This document shows positions 1 to 64,000 of a stretch of DNA of 64,000 nucleotides, piece after piece. Under the pieces are notes generated by a model. It did no database searches, was not told the origin of the DNA, and saw nothing but the letters and a program-made list of their open reading frames with translations. The position numbers and the translations under genes are program-made. How positions within the stretch are numbered: the stretch's first letter is position 1; each line of letters opens with the position of its first letter. Source of the stretch: Macrostomum lignano (lineage: Eukaryota); the NCBI GenBank assembly GCA_002269645.1, contig NIVC01003276.1, forward strand, positions 43,787 through 107,786, read 5' to 3'.

Positions 1-312
1 ACCTACAGAGTATAAATACAGTTTAGACTAAGTTGTACATTGTACATGCTACCGATTGTGCTGCACTAACAACTATGGCTAATTTTTTCAGCTAAAAGCT
101 TACTAAAGTATCAGATAAATAAACTAGCTATGTTACTATTGTCTAGCAGTTTTGACCATAGACATTTTATATAGATAAACACTGATTGGAATTAATATAT
201 AATATATTGGAAAATAATCTGAAATCAAAGTTTTGATTCACTGTTATCAAAACTCTCTTCCTTATCGCAAAAACATCGCCGGTTTCTTGTTGTTTAAACG
301 ATAGGTTTCTGC

Positions 313-51697
<51,385 letters not shown>

Positions 51698-52139
51698 GTC
51701 TCCTCAGTGCGGTCTTATCTCCGATTCTATCTAACCCAATTCATTTGCTTCGATTAGATGATCATTCTATCTATTGGAAGAGTCCCTGCTCTATTTCTAG
51801 GAATAGCGAGCTGATGCAGTCCACAAGCAGCTTACTAATTGATGCTCTCAACAAGCAATGGGTAATACAAAAATGAAAATAAAATAGACTTCTCAAACTG
51901 AATTCTTCTTTTCCCTGGGTCGAGAGCTGCTGCTCTCTGGCCATCTTATGCCGCTGGGAAGGTGCTCAGGCGGCCAATGACTGCAGCGGCCAGGGGTTGC
52001 TGAGGGCCAATGAGTGTGGCCTGTCTGTCTTCAACTGTGTCTTCCTTGCATTTTATTATCCACAACATTATTGCCTTGCCTAGGCTATACCTGTCTGTCT
52101 CACTGGCCTCTAGATTCTTTTTTTTAGTTGTGGACTTCG

Positions 52140-53190
52140 AGAGGGAGTGGGAGAGTGGGAGAGAAGAGAGAGGGTAGTGGATGGAAATGGAGGTGAGTGA
52201 GAGTTGAGGGGCGATGGATATAGGGAGAGGGGGTAGAGGGAGAGAGACGGAGAGAGGGATATAGGGAGAGTAGGGGAGAGGTAGAGAAGTAGGGAGGGAA
52301 GGAGGGAGAGAGGGAGAAAGGGGGAGAGGGAGAGAGGGAGAGAGGGAGAGAGGGAGAGAGGGAGAGAGGGGGAGAGGGAGAGAGAGAGAGAGAGGAAGAG
52401 AAGAAGAGAGGGGGAGAGGGGGAGAGGGAGAGAGGGAGAGTGGGAGAGAGGGAGAGAGGGAGAGAGGGAGAGAGGGAGAGAGGGAGGGAGGGGGAGAGGG
52501 AGAGAGAGAGAGAGAGAGGAAGAGAAGGAGAGGGGGGAGAGGGGGAGAGGGGGGGATAGGGAGATAGGGATATAGGGAGATAGGGGGAGAGGGGAGATAA
52601 GAAGATAGGGAGATAGGGAGATAGGGAAGAGGGGATATAGGGAGATAGGGAAGAGGGGATATAGGGAGATAGGGAGATAGGGAGATAGGGAGATAGGGAA
52701 GAGGGGATATAGGGAGATAGGGAAGAGGGGATATAGGGAGATAGGGAGATAGGGAGATAGGGAGATAGGGAGATAGGGAAGAGGGGGAGAGAGGGGGGAG
52801 AGGGAGAGTAGGGCAGGGGCGGACTGAGGGGGGGCCAAGGGGGCCATGGCCCCCCTCAGCTCTGCCAAAAAAATCCTCAGATGTATTGGTATCATGCTGT
52901 ATTGGTATAATGGTACCCTAATTGCCGCTCTGGCCTGACCAGACGTGAGGCTTGCCCCCCCCCCCTCGATAAAATCCTGGGTCCGCCCCTGAGTAGGGGA
53001 GAGGTAGAGAAGTAGAGAGGCAGAGAGGGAGAGAGGGAGAGAGAGGAAGAGAAGGAGAGAGGGGAGAGGGAGAGAGGGTGAGAGGGGAGAGGGAGAGGGA
53101 GAGAGGGAGAGAGAAGAGAGGGAGAGCAGGACGGAGAAGGGTATGAGTGGTGAGAAGTGCATGTAGACAGGGTGAGAGGGAGAGAGATAA
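52140..53190. repeat. GA-rich low-complexity tract interrupted by the MITE
   Basis: Purine-rich 8-9 nt units. Confidence 0.85.
52814..52991. mobile_element. Non-autonomous DNA transposon (MITE, hAT/Tip100-like), ~178 bp
   Basis: 10-bp TIRs CAGGGGCGGA...TCCGCCCCTG; flanking duplication AGTAGGG (GAGTAGGG if the last G is assigned to the TSD); internal palindrome GGGGGCCATGGCCCCC. Confidence 0.75.
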
Positions 53191-53717
53191 GGGACAGCAC
53201 AGGGATGTCACAAAGAACCTGAAAGCCAGCATGCCAAGTATCTACAAGGTTCCATCTCGTGTTTAACATTCACTTTTGTGAATTTGAGAACTGTGAATAT
53301 TTCCAGCTTCCTCAATCAGTATTTCTCTCTGCAGTCTCCCTACAGCTGGGCAGTTGCGCTCTGCTGCATCAAAAACCGGAACCAAAAATTGGTTTCTTCC
53401 ACAGGCTGAGTCTGCTGATGAATAATTCAGCCGATGCTGCATGGAGTTTCTTCTAGAAACAGAGTTGGAGGCTGGCTGGTGGGCTTTGGAAAACTTTTAG
53501 AACTCAAAACGATGACTAGGAAATAACAAAGCTGCTAAGGGAACTCTCTGCCAGAACTTTAAGCTCTTCTTTGCTGGGCACAAGTTGTAACAAATTGGTA
53601 TTTGGTAATTGCCTGTGCTGCCTACTGCCAGTAGAGTGCTTGGATTAGGCCGTCTGCGATTTTAGCAACCCGGTAAATGGCGCGAGCTGTGGGAATTGGT
53701 TTGGGAACTCCGTGCTT

Positions 53718-54296
53718 CGGCGCCAAATTCAAGGGTTGGGGCGCCAAATTCAAGGGTTGGGGCGCCAAATTCAAGGGTTAGGGCGCCAAATTTAGGGTTG
53801 GGGCGCCAAATTCAAGGGTTGGGGCGCCAAATTCAAGGGTTAGGGCGCCAAATTCAAGGGTTGGGGCGCCAAATTCCAGGGTTGGGGCGCCAAATTCAAG
53901 GGTTGGGGCGCCAAATTCAAGGGTTGGGGCGCCAAATTCAAGGGTTGGGGTGCCAAATTCAAGGGTTGGGTGCCAAATTCAAGGGTTGGGGCGCCAAAAT
54001 TCAAGGGTTGGGGCGCCAAATTCAAGGGTTGGGGCGCCAAATTCAAGGGTTGGGGCGCCAAATTCAAGGGTTGGGGCGCCAAATTCAAGGGTTGGGGTGC
54101 CAAATTCAAGGGTTGGGTGCCAACTTCAAGGGTTGGGGCGCCAAATTCAAGGGTTGGGGCGCCAAATTCAAGGGTTGGGGCGCCAAATTCAAGGGTTGGG
54201 GCGCCAAATTCAAGGGTTGGGGTGCCAAATTCAAGGGTTGGGGCGCCAAATTCAAGGGTTGGGGCCCCAAATTCAAGGGTTGGGATGCCAAATTCA
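53718..54296. repeat. 21-nt minisatellite (GGGCGCCAAATTCAAGGGTTG)
   Basis: Tandem units. Confidence 0.92.
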
Positions 54297-54409
54297 GTAT
54301 TTTTCCGCTGGGTTCGGGACCCTGGACCCCGCATTCAGAACTCGGTGCCAAAACCAGTCTCTGGCGCTTCACAATTTGAGTCATTGGCGCCGTTTTGTGA
54401 TACAAAGTA

Positions 54410-55702
54410 CACAAGACACAAACCGCAAGACGTGAGACATGAGACACAATGCAGAAGACACAGGAAACAAGATTCAAGACAGAAAGCAGAAGAAAAAAAG
54501 ACAAAAAGCAAAACACAAGACTCAAGACTCAAGGCACAAGACTCAAGACACAAGGCACAAGGCACAAGACACAAGGCACAAGACACAAGACACAAGACAC
54601 AAGACACAAGACACAAGACTCAAGACACAAGACACAAGGCACAAGACACAAGACACAAGACACAAGGCACAAGACACAAGACTCAAGACACAAGACTCAA
54701 GACACAAGACACAAGACACAAGACACAAGACACAAGACACAAGACTCAAGACACAAGACACAAGACACAAGACGCAAGACACAAGACTCTAGACACAAGA
54801 CTCAAGACACAAGACACAAGACACAAGACTCAAGACACAAGACTCAAGACACAAGGCACAAGACAGAAGACACAAGACACAAGGCACAAGGCACAAAACA
54901 CAAGAGTCAATACACAAGGCACAAGGCACATGGCACAAGACTCAAGACACAAGGCACAAGACACAAGAGTCAATACACAAGACACAAGACACAAGATTCA
55001 AGACACAAGGCACAAGACACAAGACACAAGACAAAAGACACAAGGCACAAGACACAAGACACAAGGCACAAGACACAAGACACAAGGCACAAGACACGAG
55101 TCAGGACACAAGACTCAAGACACAAGACACAAGACACAAGACTCAAGACACAAGACTCAAGACACAAGACACAAGACACAAGACACAAGACTCAAGACAC
55201 AAGACTCAAGACACAAGACACAAGACACAAGACTCAAGACACAAGACTCAAGACACAAGGCACAAGACAGAAGACACAAGACACAAGACACAAGGCACAA
55301 GGCACAAGGCACAAAACACAAGAGTCAATACACAAGGCACAAAACACAAGAGTCAATACACAAGGCACAAGGCACATGGCACAAGACTCAAGACACAAGA
55401 GTCAATACACAAGACACAAGAAACAAGATTCAAGACACAAGGCACAAGACACAAGACACAAGACACAAGACACAAGGCACAAGACACAAGACACAAGACA
55501 CAAGACACAAGGCACAAGACACAAGAGTGAAGACACAAGACTCAAGACACAAGACTCAAGACACAAGACACAAGACACAAGACACAAGACACAAGACTCA
55601 AGACACAAGACACAAGACACAAGACTCAAGACACAAGACTCAAGACACAAGGCACAAGACACAAGAGTGAAGACACAAGACTCAAGACACAAGACACAAG
55701 AC
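54410..55702. repeat. 7-nt repeat (GACACAA)n
   Basis: Tandem units. Confidence 0.95.
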
Positions 55703-56267
55703 ATCACCCATGCGGCTAGGCAGTCGGTTAGGAGCACTGAGAAGCTATACGCAGGTCAGTCCCAAACCTCAAGCGCTCATAGATCTTCCCAGTCGTCATC
55801 AGCAGTCCCTTTGATTTGAGTCTGGAAACTCGGACTCGCCGAAAACGCAGCCTAGAGAGGAACAGACTCGCCGATAATTACCCGAGCAAGGGAAAAGCCG
55901 GCTGACTCGAACCTGGCACTAAATTGACCGCTTCGGAGAGGGCACTCGTGATTTCCATGCGTCTCTCTCCCACACAGTTGCTGGCAAACAGGGAGATTTG
56001 GGAAGCTGGGCCAGCCTCATCAGGCTGAGCAAATACGAGCTCAGATCAAAAAAGCAACTCCGAAGAGCTGGTAGACTCGGGTGGGAAAAAAACTTAAAGT
56101 GGAGCTAATTCGCTTAGTTAAACATTTGGCTGAGAATCTGCGTTGCCATGGGGATTCTTCATCTTGGGCGCCACTTCGTCTGCTTCCACTTGGTTGGGGC
56201 GAAATTTATTGGAAAAGCGCAGTTTTTTACTGCCTTTCTTCTGTAGCATTTGATGCACTTTTGTAGC

Positions 56268-56960
56268 ATCTGGTTTAGCGCCCCATGTATCATCTGGTTT
56301 GGCGCCCTTTCATACAATTTGGTTTGGCGCCCTCTCATACAATTTGGTTTGGCGCCCTCTCATTCAATTTGGTTTGGCGCCCTCTCATACAATTTGGTTT
56401 GGCGCCCTCTCATACAATTTGGTTTGGCGCCCTCTCATACAATTTGGTTTGGCGCCCTTTCATACAATTTGGTTTGGCGCCCTCTCATACAATTTGGTTT
56501 GGCGCCCTCTCATACAATTTGGTTTGGCGCCCTTTCATACAATTTGGTTTGGCGCCCTCTCATAGCTCGTACAATTTGGTTTGGCGCCCTCTCATACAAT
56601 TTGGTTTGGCGCCCTTTCATACAATTTGGTTTGGCGCCCTCTCATACAATTTGGTTTGGCGCCCTCTCATACAATTTTGTTTGGCGCCCTCTCATACAAT
56701 TGGTCTGGCGCCCTCTCATACAATTTGGTTTGGCGCCCTTTCATACAATTTGGTTTGGCGCCCTCTCATACAATTGGTTTGGCGCCCTCTCATACAATTT
56801 GGTTTGACGCCTCGATGTACCATCTGGTTTGGCGCCCTTTTGTAGCATTTCGTTTGGCGTCCTTTTTGTAGCATTTGGTTTGGCGCCCCGATGTAGCATT
56901 TGGCGCCCAGATGTAGCATTTGGCGCTTCTATGTAGCAGTCGGCGCTCCTATGTAGCAAT
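56268..56960. repeat. 25-nt minisatellite (TTTGGCGCCCTCTCATACAATTTGG)
   Basis: Tandem units. Confidence 0.92.
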
Positions 56961-57529
56961 CGGCGCCCCAATATAACATTTTTCCATTTTTTGAGCTTTC
57001 AGATTGTTTTAACAATTGTCTGCCGGAATAATTCTGAAATTCGAACCCGTGACCTTCGCCATCCGATGCTGCGAATCTTCATTCGGTTCCAGCAAAGAGC
57101 CCATCGATCCAGGTGTAATCCAGGTGTTATAAACTTAAATATGCTAATTAGGGTGGTTAGCCTGAATTCAGCTCCATATTAATAAGACTCTTTACATTTT
57201 CAGCCACCCTGAGGTGATAAGCTCCCTATTCTGATAACAGTCCCGGATGCCCCAGTCGGCAAACATGCGAACGAATTTCCAAGCTAAGCTTTGCCAAATT
57301 AAATTCCACACAATGCAACAAAATATCCAACTGAAATTCCCTCTGATCGTTGAGCATTATTGAAGTGGGCTGGATGCATGGTTTTCCCGCTCGCTGCTAC
57401 TGCTAAAGAACTCAGCCTAGCAACAGAATGCTAGAGAATGAGAAACTGTTCTTTAAGGAATTCATCCTTGGTTGGAGGCATGAGCGAGGAGACTGTGGAA
57501 GACTGCACTATGGGGGAATGGGGAATTGA

Positions 57530-58065
57530 GGGAGGGTAGAAGGGGAGAGGGAGGGGTAGAAGAGGAGAGGAGGGTAGATGGGGAGAGTAAGGGGTAGAAG
57601 GGGAGAGTGAGGGGTAGAAGGGGAGAGTAAAAGGTAGAAGGGGAGAGTAAGGGGTAGAAGAGGAGAGTGAGGGGTAGATGGGGAGAGTTAGGGGTAGATG
57701 GGAGAGTAAAAGGTAGAAGGGGAGAGTGATGGGGTAGATGAGGAGAGTAAGGGCTAGAAGAGGAGAGTAAGGGGTAGAAGAGGAGATTGAGGGGTAGAAG
57801 GGGAGAGTAAGGGGTAGAAGGGGAGAGTGAGGGTAGAAGGGGAGAGTTAGGGGTAGATGGGGAGAGTAAGGGGTAGAAGAGGAGAGTAAGGGGTAGAAGA
57901 GGAGAGTGAGGGGTAGAAGGGGAGAGTAAGGGGTAGAAGGAGAGAGTGAGGGTAGAAGGGGGGAGTTAGGGGTAGATGGGGGAGTAAGGGGTAGAAGGGG
58001 AGAGTGGGGGTAGATGGGGAGAGTAAGGGGTAGAAGGGGAGAGTTAGGGGTAGAAGAGGAGAGAT
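57530..58065. repeat. 20-nt minisatellite (GGGGTAGAAGGGGAGAGTAA)
   Basis: Tandem units. Confidence 0.88.
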
Positions 58066-58921
58066 AAAGAAAGCTTCCTTGCGAATTAACCTCAACTACC
58101 TGCGTCGTTGAAAATTTTGTACGATTAAATGATAAAATGATTTGTCCATGGCATTGTCATTTTGCATGAAAGATGCTTTTTAATTTATGACAAAAACAGA
58201 ATAGAATGGATTGCTAATCTTGCCAACAGGAAAGGTAGCAAGCCACTAATGCTTCATTTGCACAGTTGCCCTAGCATTCATAAAGTTATAAAAATGAAAA
58301 ATGGCACGGATTTGAACTCACGCGAGATGCCGCAAACGATGAGGACCGTCTGCGGCAGCAGGACGCAGAGCGCTGGCAGCAGCCTCAGCAGAGCCATCCC
58401 TCCCGCCAGCCTTCCTGCCAGCCACTGAGCAATCCCGGATGCGGCTCAGGGGAGGCAGCTGCTCTAGCTTTTGCTTACCTGTTGTAGAAATTGCAGTTTT
58501 ATTTACCTTGAATTTCAGCAACGCTTGTTTCTTCTAAAGAGATTCAGACAGACAGTCAGACAGGCATTCAGACAAATGACTTGATAGCCTGATAGTTTGA
58601 TAAAAAAGGATTCACAATGGTGGCCGTTGACTCATTAGTTTTCTTTAATAGGGTTTCTGCTGCAGACATCCAGTGCTTTTCTATGCTGCGTTGAAGAGAT
58701 GTTTTACTTTTTAGCTGAGAATTATTTTTCAGCTGGTCTCTGCTTTGAACCAATAAGATTTCTGCTTTCAGTGCAATTTTTCAGGGCTGTTCGACCAATG
58801 GCGGCTTCAGACAGTATTGAGAGAATAGGCGGGTACTGATGGAGCGGGTCTGGGCTGATGAGGAAGCCGTATTGAGTGATGCTGGGAGCACAAATGAAGA
58901 TGCGACTGTGAATTGCTCACT

Positions 58922-59880
58922 TTCGGTTGTTATAACGGGAGAGGTAGAGAGAGAGAGAGAGAAGAGAGGTCACGGCGTGTACCTTTCGGTCCCGTTCGGT
59001 TGTTATAACGGGAGAGGTAGAGAGAGAGAGAGAGAAGAGAGGTCACGGCGTGTACCTTTCGGTCCCGTTCGGTTGTTATAACGGAGAGGCAGATTCTCAA
59101 GCACTGATGGAGAGCGGAGAGGCAGATTCTCAAGCACTGATGGAGAGCGGAGAGGCAGATTCTCAAGCACTGATGGAGCAGAGAGGCAGATTCTCAAGCA
59201 CTGAGGAGAAGAGAGGCAGATTCTCAAGCACTGAGGGGGAGCGGAGAGGCAGATTCTCAAGCACTGATGGAGAGCGGAGAGGCAGATTCTCAAGCACTGA
59301 TGGAGAGCGAGAGAAGCAGATTCTCAAGCACTGATGGAGAGCGGAGAGGCAGATTCTCAAGCACTGATGGAGAGCGGAGAGGCAGATTCTCAAGCACTGA
59401 TGGAGCAGAGAGGCAGATTCTCAAGCACTGAGGAGAAGAGAGGCAGATTCTCAAGCACTGATGGAGCGGAGAGGCAGATTCTCAAGCACTGATGGAGACG
59501 GAGAGGCAGATTCTCAAGCACTGATGAGAGAGCGGAGAGGCAGATTCTCAAGCACTGATGGAGCAGAGAGGCAATTCTCAAGCACTGAGGAAGAGAGATT
59601 CTCAAGCACTGATGGAGCAGAGAGGCAAATTCTCAAGCACTGAGGGTGAAGAGAGGCAGATTCTCAAGCACTGAGGGGGAGCGGAGAGGCAGATTCTCAA
59701 GCACTGATGGAGCAGAGAGGCAAATTCTCAAGCACTGAGGGTGAAGAGAGGCAGATTCTCAAGCACTGAGGGGGAGCGGAGAGGCAGATTCTCAAGCACT
59801 GAGGGGGAGCGGAGAGGCAGATTCTCAAGCACTGATGGTGAAGAGAGGCAGATTCTCAAGCACTGATGGAGCGGAGAGGC
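58922..59880. repeat. 73-nt tandem duplication grading into a ~33-nt minisatellite (GCAGATTCTCAAGCACTGA core)
   Basis: TTCGGTTGTTATAACGG recurs at 58922, 58995 and 59068, then the shorter unit follows. Confidence 0.88.
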
Positions 59881-60921
59881 AGGTAAAATGTGAATAGAGC
59901 CTGCACTAGAAGGCAGCAAGCAGGTGTTAAACAGGCAGATGCAGTTGAAAAGCACGAGGCGGTGGCGAAAATCAGTGCGTAGGTGATAAATCCCTCACAC
60001 TGGCAGACAGAGGCACTTGAACAGGCCGCACAGTCACTCTTCCTTGCTCTCTCTCTTTCAATCCGGCCCCTTCCCCTAGCAGCAGCAGCAGCAACCAGCA
60101 ACTCGTTAGAGACAAATTCAGAAAATATTTCGCAGCAGCAGTCGGCGGGGCGCCAAGCTGAATCAAATCTAATTCCCTCTGCACCCCCCCCCTCCGAGCC
60201 GCCTCGGCAAGCCAAGTTGAGCAGCTTGAGTTTAGTGAGAATTCTTTTGAAAATGCTCAAAACAAAGTGGTCTCGGCGGCTGCTAATAAATTGCTGTTAT
60301 TTTTTTTACACCGAGGCTAAGAACGTGTTTTTCAGGCTTTTATTTTATACATGCATAAAACTGACGCTGAGAAGAGCCGTCTACACTCTGCCAGCTGACG
60401 GTGCTGAGGGGCTAGGGAGAGGAATCCATATCTATCTAGGGGAAATGATGAAGCTGAGAGCCTGGCGATAGAAGGTGAGAATAGCAGCATCTGAGTGGGC
60501 ATCTCAGACGAGCCTGCGCCCGCCCTGTCAGCACTGATGACTTTCGACACCATTAAAAACTGAGGAAAGGAAAGAGAGGCTGAGGGATGGGGTTGCTGTT
60601 CAGATAACAGCCAGGGCTTCTTCTCCTGGGAGAAGACAGCGAGAGGGCGTCTACTTTTGCGTTTTCTATTCACGATGAGGCTAGCTGGGGTCAAGTGTGC
60701 CGAATTAACATACACCAGTGCAGCTGGTCAATAGATATGGTCCCAGGGAATTATCCACAACCAGCGCTGAACAATTCTGCCCGTTCCACTCACTCCTGAG
60801 CACAAAATCTGTACGAAGGCACGCATTTATACACGATCACGCAGGGTGTACAGCGGCCCTGGCTTTCCAATCGTCAGACATGTACACACTCTGTGCCTCA
60901 GGGGTTGGCCGTCTAGTTCTC

Positions 60922-61893
60922 AGATCCTCAGATCTAGTCTATGTCTTTAGATATCTAGTCAATGTCGATCTAGTCAATGTCTTAGAGATCTTGTCACTGT
61001 CTCTAGAGATCTAGTCAACGTCTTTAGAGATCTAGTCAATGTCTTTAGAGATCTAGTCAATGTCTTTAGAGATCTAGTCAATGTCTTTAGAGATCTAGTC
61101 AATGTCTTTAGATATCTAAGTCAATGTCTTTAGAGATCTAGTCAATGTCTTTAGAGGTCTAGTCACTGTCTTTAGAGATCTAGTCATTTCTTAGAGATCT
61201 AGTATTTCTTAGAGATCTAGTCAACGTCTTTAGAGATCTAGTGAATGTCTTTAGATATCTAGTGAATGTCTTTAGAGATCTAGTCAATGTCTTTAGAGAT
61301 CTAGTGAATGTCTTTAGATATCTAGTGAATGTCTTTAGAGATCTAGTCAATGTCTTTAGAGATCTAGTCAATGTCTTTAGATATCTAGTGAATGTCTTTA
61401 GAGATCTAGTCAATGTCTTTAGAGATCTAGTCAATGTCTTTAGATATCTAGTCAATGTCTTTAGATATCTAGTCAATGTCTTTAGATATCTAGTCAATGT
61501 CTTTAGATATCTAGTCAATGTCTTTAGATATCTAGTCAATGTCTTTAGATATCTAGTCAATGTCTTTAGAGATCTAGTCAATGTCTTTAGATATCTAGTC
61601 AATGTCTTTGGAGATCTAGTCAATGTCTTTAGAGATCTAGTCAATATCTTTAGAGATCTAGTCAATATCTTTAGAGATCTAGTCAATGTCTTTAGAGATC
61701 TAGTCAATGTCTTTAGAGATCTAGTCAATATCTTCAGATATCTAGTCAATGTCTTTAGAGATCTAGTCAATATCTTCAGAGATCTAGTCAATGTCTTAGA
61801 GATCTAGTCAATGTCTTTAGAGATCTAGTCAATGTCTTTAAAGATCTAGTCAATGTCTTTAAAGATCTAGTCAATGTCTTTAGAGATCTAGTG
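60922..61893. repeat. 21-nt minisatellite (TAGAGATCTAGTCAATGTCTT)
   Basis: Tandem units. Confidence 0.95.
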
Positions 61894-62564
61894 AAAGCCT
61901 AAATATCTCGTAACTTCAATTGTCTATAGAACTGCTGAATCTGCAATCTATGGATCCAAGTGTAAATGCTGGACCCGGAGGCCTTGCAGAGCATCAAACT
62001 GCCCAAGAATGGGTTGCCGCTGAGTGGCTTAATCGATAAATAAATAATAGAGCCACTAAGCTGCAGGCGGATGAGTGGCAGTGCACACCCCATCTAAGTA
62101 ACTCAAAGTCCCCGAGCACACTCACAGTCCAAAGCATTTTTCAGTTTCCCCCAGCTGCCCGCCTGTCTATAAAAGCCATCATCATTGGGCCCAGTTTATT
62201 CTCCCTGTCGTATTCCGAGCGGACAAATTGAGCGGCTGAGTTGCAGACTCACGCCTCTGCCAACCCCACTGAGCAGTGTTACATAGCTATGGCTAGGTGG
62301 TTGGCAAAGACAACACAGATGCTGTTTCAGCGCTAACTCTCAAAGCCTAACTTTCTCTCTAGGGAGTGGGTTGTGAATGACCCACCACCCAACCGGCAGA
62401 GAAATATTTTCATTAGGGAATTGTGCCAGCCATTTTTTTGCTTCTTAACAAGCAAATTAAAGCTTACAGAAAAACTGTGGCCTCTCTAAAAGTTGACACA
62501 CCGAGAGCCAAGCTTATTCTAAGTGTTATTAGAGCAATCAGACACGTGTTTGAGGGAGAGATCT

Positions 62565-63030
62565 CACACATGAGTGGGAGAGATCACACACATGAGAGGG
62601 AGAGATCTCACACATGATAGGGAGAGATCTCACACATGAAAGGGAGAGATCTCACATGAGAGGAAGCGATCTCACACATGAGAGGGAGAGATCTCACACA
62701 TGAGAGGGAGAGATATCACACATGAGAGGGAGAGATCACACACATGAGGGAGAGATCTCACACATGAGAGGGAGAGATCTCACACATGAGAGGGAGAGAT
62801 TCACACATGAGAGGGAGAGATCACACACATGAGAGAGAGATCTCACACATGAGAGGAGAGATCTCACACATGAGAGGGAGAGATCTCACACATGAGAGGG
62901 AGAGATTTCACACATGAGAGAGAGATCACACACATGAGAGGAGAGATCTCACACATGAGAGGGAGAGATCTCACACACATGAGAGGGAGAGATCTCACAC
63001 ATGAGAGGGAGAGATCTCAACACATAAGAT
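62565..63030. repeat. 22-nt minisatellite (CACATGAGAGGGAGAGATCTCA)
   Basis: Tandem units. Confidence 0.9.
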
Positions 63031-63609
63031 GGAGAGGAAGTGATAGATGAAGGCACGCAGACAGAAGGACCCAAGTTAGGATGGCCAGAGAATGCAGTGA
63101 CTCGAAAACAGCAGTGAGCTGTGACTTCTTAAGCAGCCCACCCCCCGGATGAAGTCCCGAAGAGCCCGGGCAGCGGAGACTGCGACAGTTTCTCAGCTCG
63201 CGGCATCTCCCACAGGGAAGAGGATTTCTTTCGGCGGTAATTGAATTCGTCGGCTGTCTGCAATTTGATCCCCTTTTTGCTTTTAATGGCGCGATCTACT
63301 TCCAAGTTAGAAAACAACTTCAAGCGCTCCATCAAGATCTCTCAGCATCCCTATCTGAGGCTCTTCCTTGCTTGTCAGCATCTGTACTGGCCGTAGCCTC
63401 TGAAAGCTCGCAAGCCAAGAAAATATCCATTGGCTAAAAGGTCGGCTGTTTTTATTGAAAATTGAAACTCCTTGGATTCTTACGTTTCTACTCACGAGTA
63501 GTGCGTAGAAGCTATTTTTAATAGAGATAGTTGAAAGAGGGTTAAGAGTATCTAATAGTGGAATAAGGATACTCGAACGTGGGTTATTCAAATTGTTTGA
63601 GAATAATCA

Positions 63610-63972
63610 AAGTGGATAAAAGATATTCGAAAGTAGATTAAAGATATTCGAAAGTGGATTAAGGATATTCGATAGTCGATTAAAGATATTAAAAAGTGGA
63701 TGCGGCTATTCGAAAGTGGATTAAAGATATTAAAAAGTGGATTATGGATATTCGATAGTGGATTAAGGATATTCGATAGTGGATTATGGATATTCGAAGT
63801 GGATTAAAGATATTCGAAGTGGATTAAAGATATTCGAAAGTGGATTAAAGATATTCGAAAGTGGATTAAAGATATTCGAAAGTGGATTAAAGATATTCGA
63901 AAGTGATTAAGTATATTCGAAAGTGGATTAAAGATATTCGAATTTTGATTAAAGATATCGAAGTGGATTAAA
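63610..63972. repeat. ~21-nt minisatellite (GATATTCGAAAGTGGATTAAA)
   Basis: Tandem units. Confidence 0.88.
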
Positions 63973-64000
63973 AGGTACACAATAATGAACTACAAACAAT

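Noticed and set aside
53696-56871. ORFs such as KTQDTRH and GLAPSHTIWF repeats
   Set aside because: Tandem-repeat artefacts.

Overview
Eukaryotic (animal) genomic DNA; the GC-rich exons and extreme minisatellite load suggest a flatworm such as Macrostomum lignano (inference, not verified). The window is dominated by one minus-strand gene, a LAR-family (type IIa) receptor tyrosine phosphatase. I assembled it by hand from 21 GT-AG exons between 51697 and 313, all phase-compatible: 6636 nt, about 2211 aa, with signal peptide, 3 Ig, 9 FN3, membrane-proximal domain, TM, juxtamembrane segment, D1 and D2, ending SSFDHYAT*. Two exons (Ig1 at 43398-43691 and 27300-27400) are absent from the ORF track. 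All 20 introns and the upstream flank contain tandem-repeat arrays, roughly half the window by manual tally, and these explain nearly all long ORFs in the track as artefacts. Most interesting: (1) reverse-complementary minisatellite arrays bracketing specific exons, notably the TM and juxtamembrane exons; (2) an internal ATG plus signal peptide in frame with FN3 #6, predicting an Ig-less isoform; (3) an intron built from 15 tandem copies of its own 3' splice site; (4) several candidate in-frame micro-exons, one at the vertebrate meB position. No RNA genes or CRISPR arrays were seen. Repeat boundaries are approximate.
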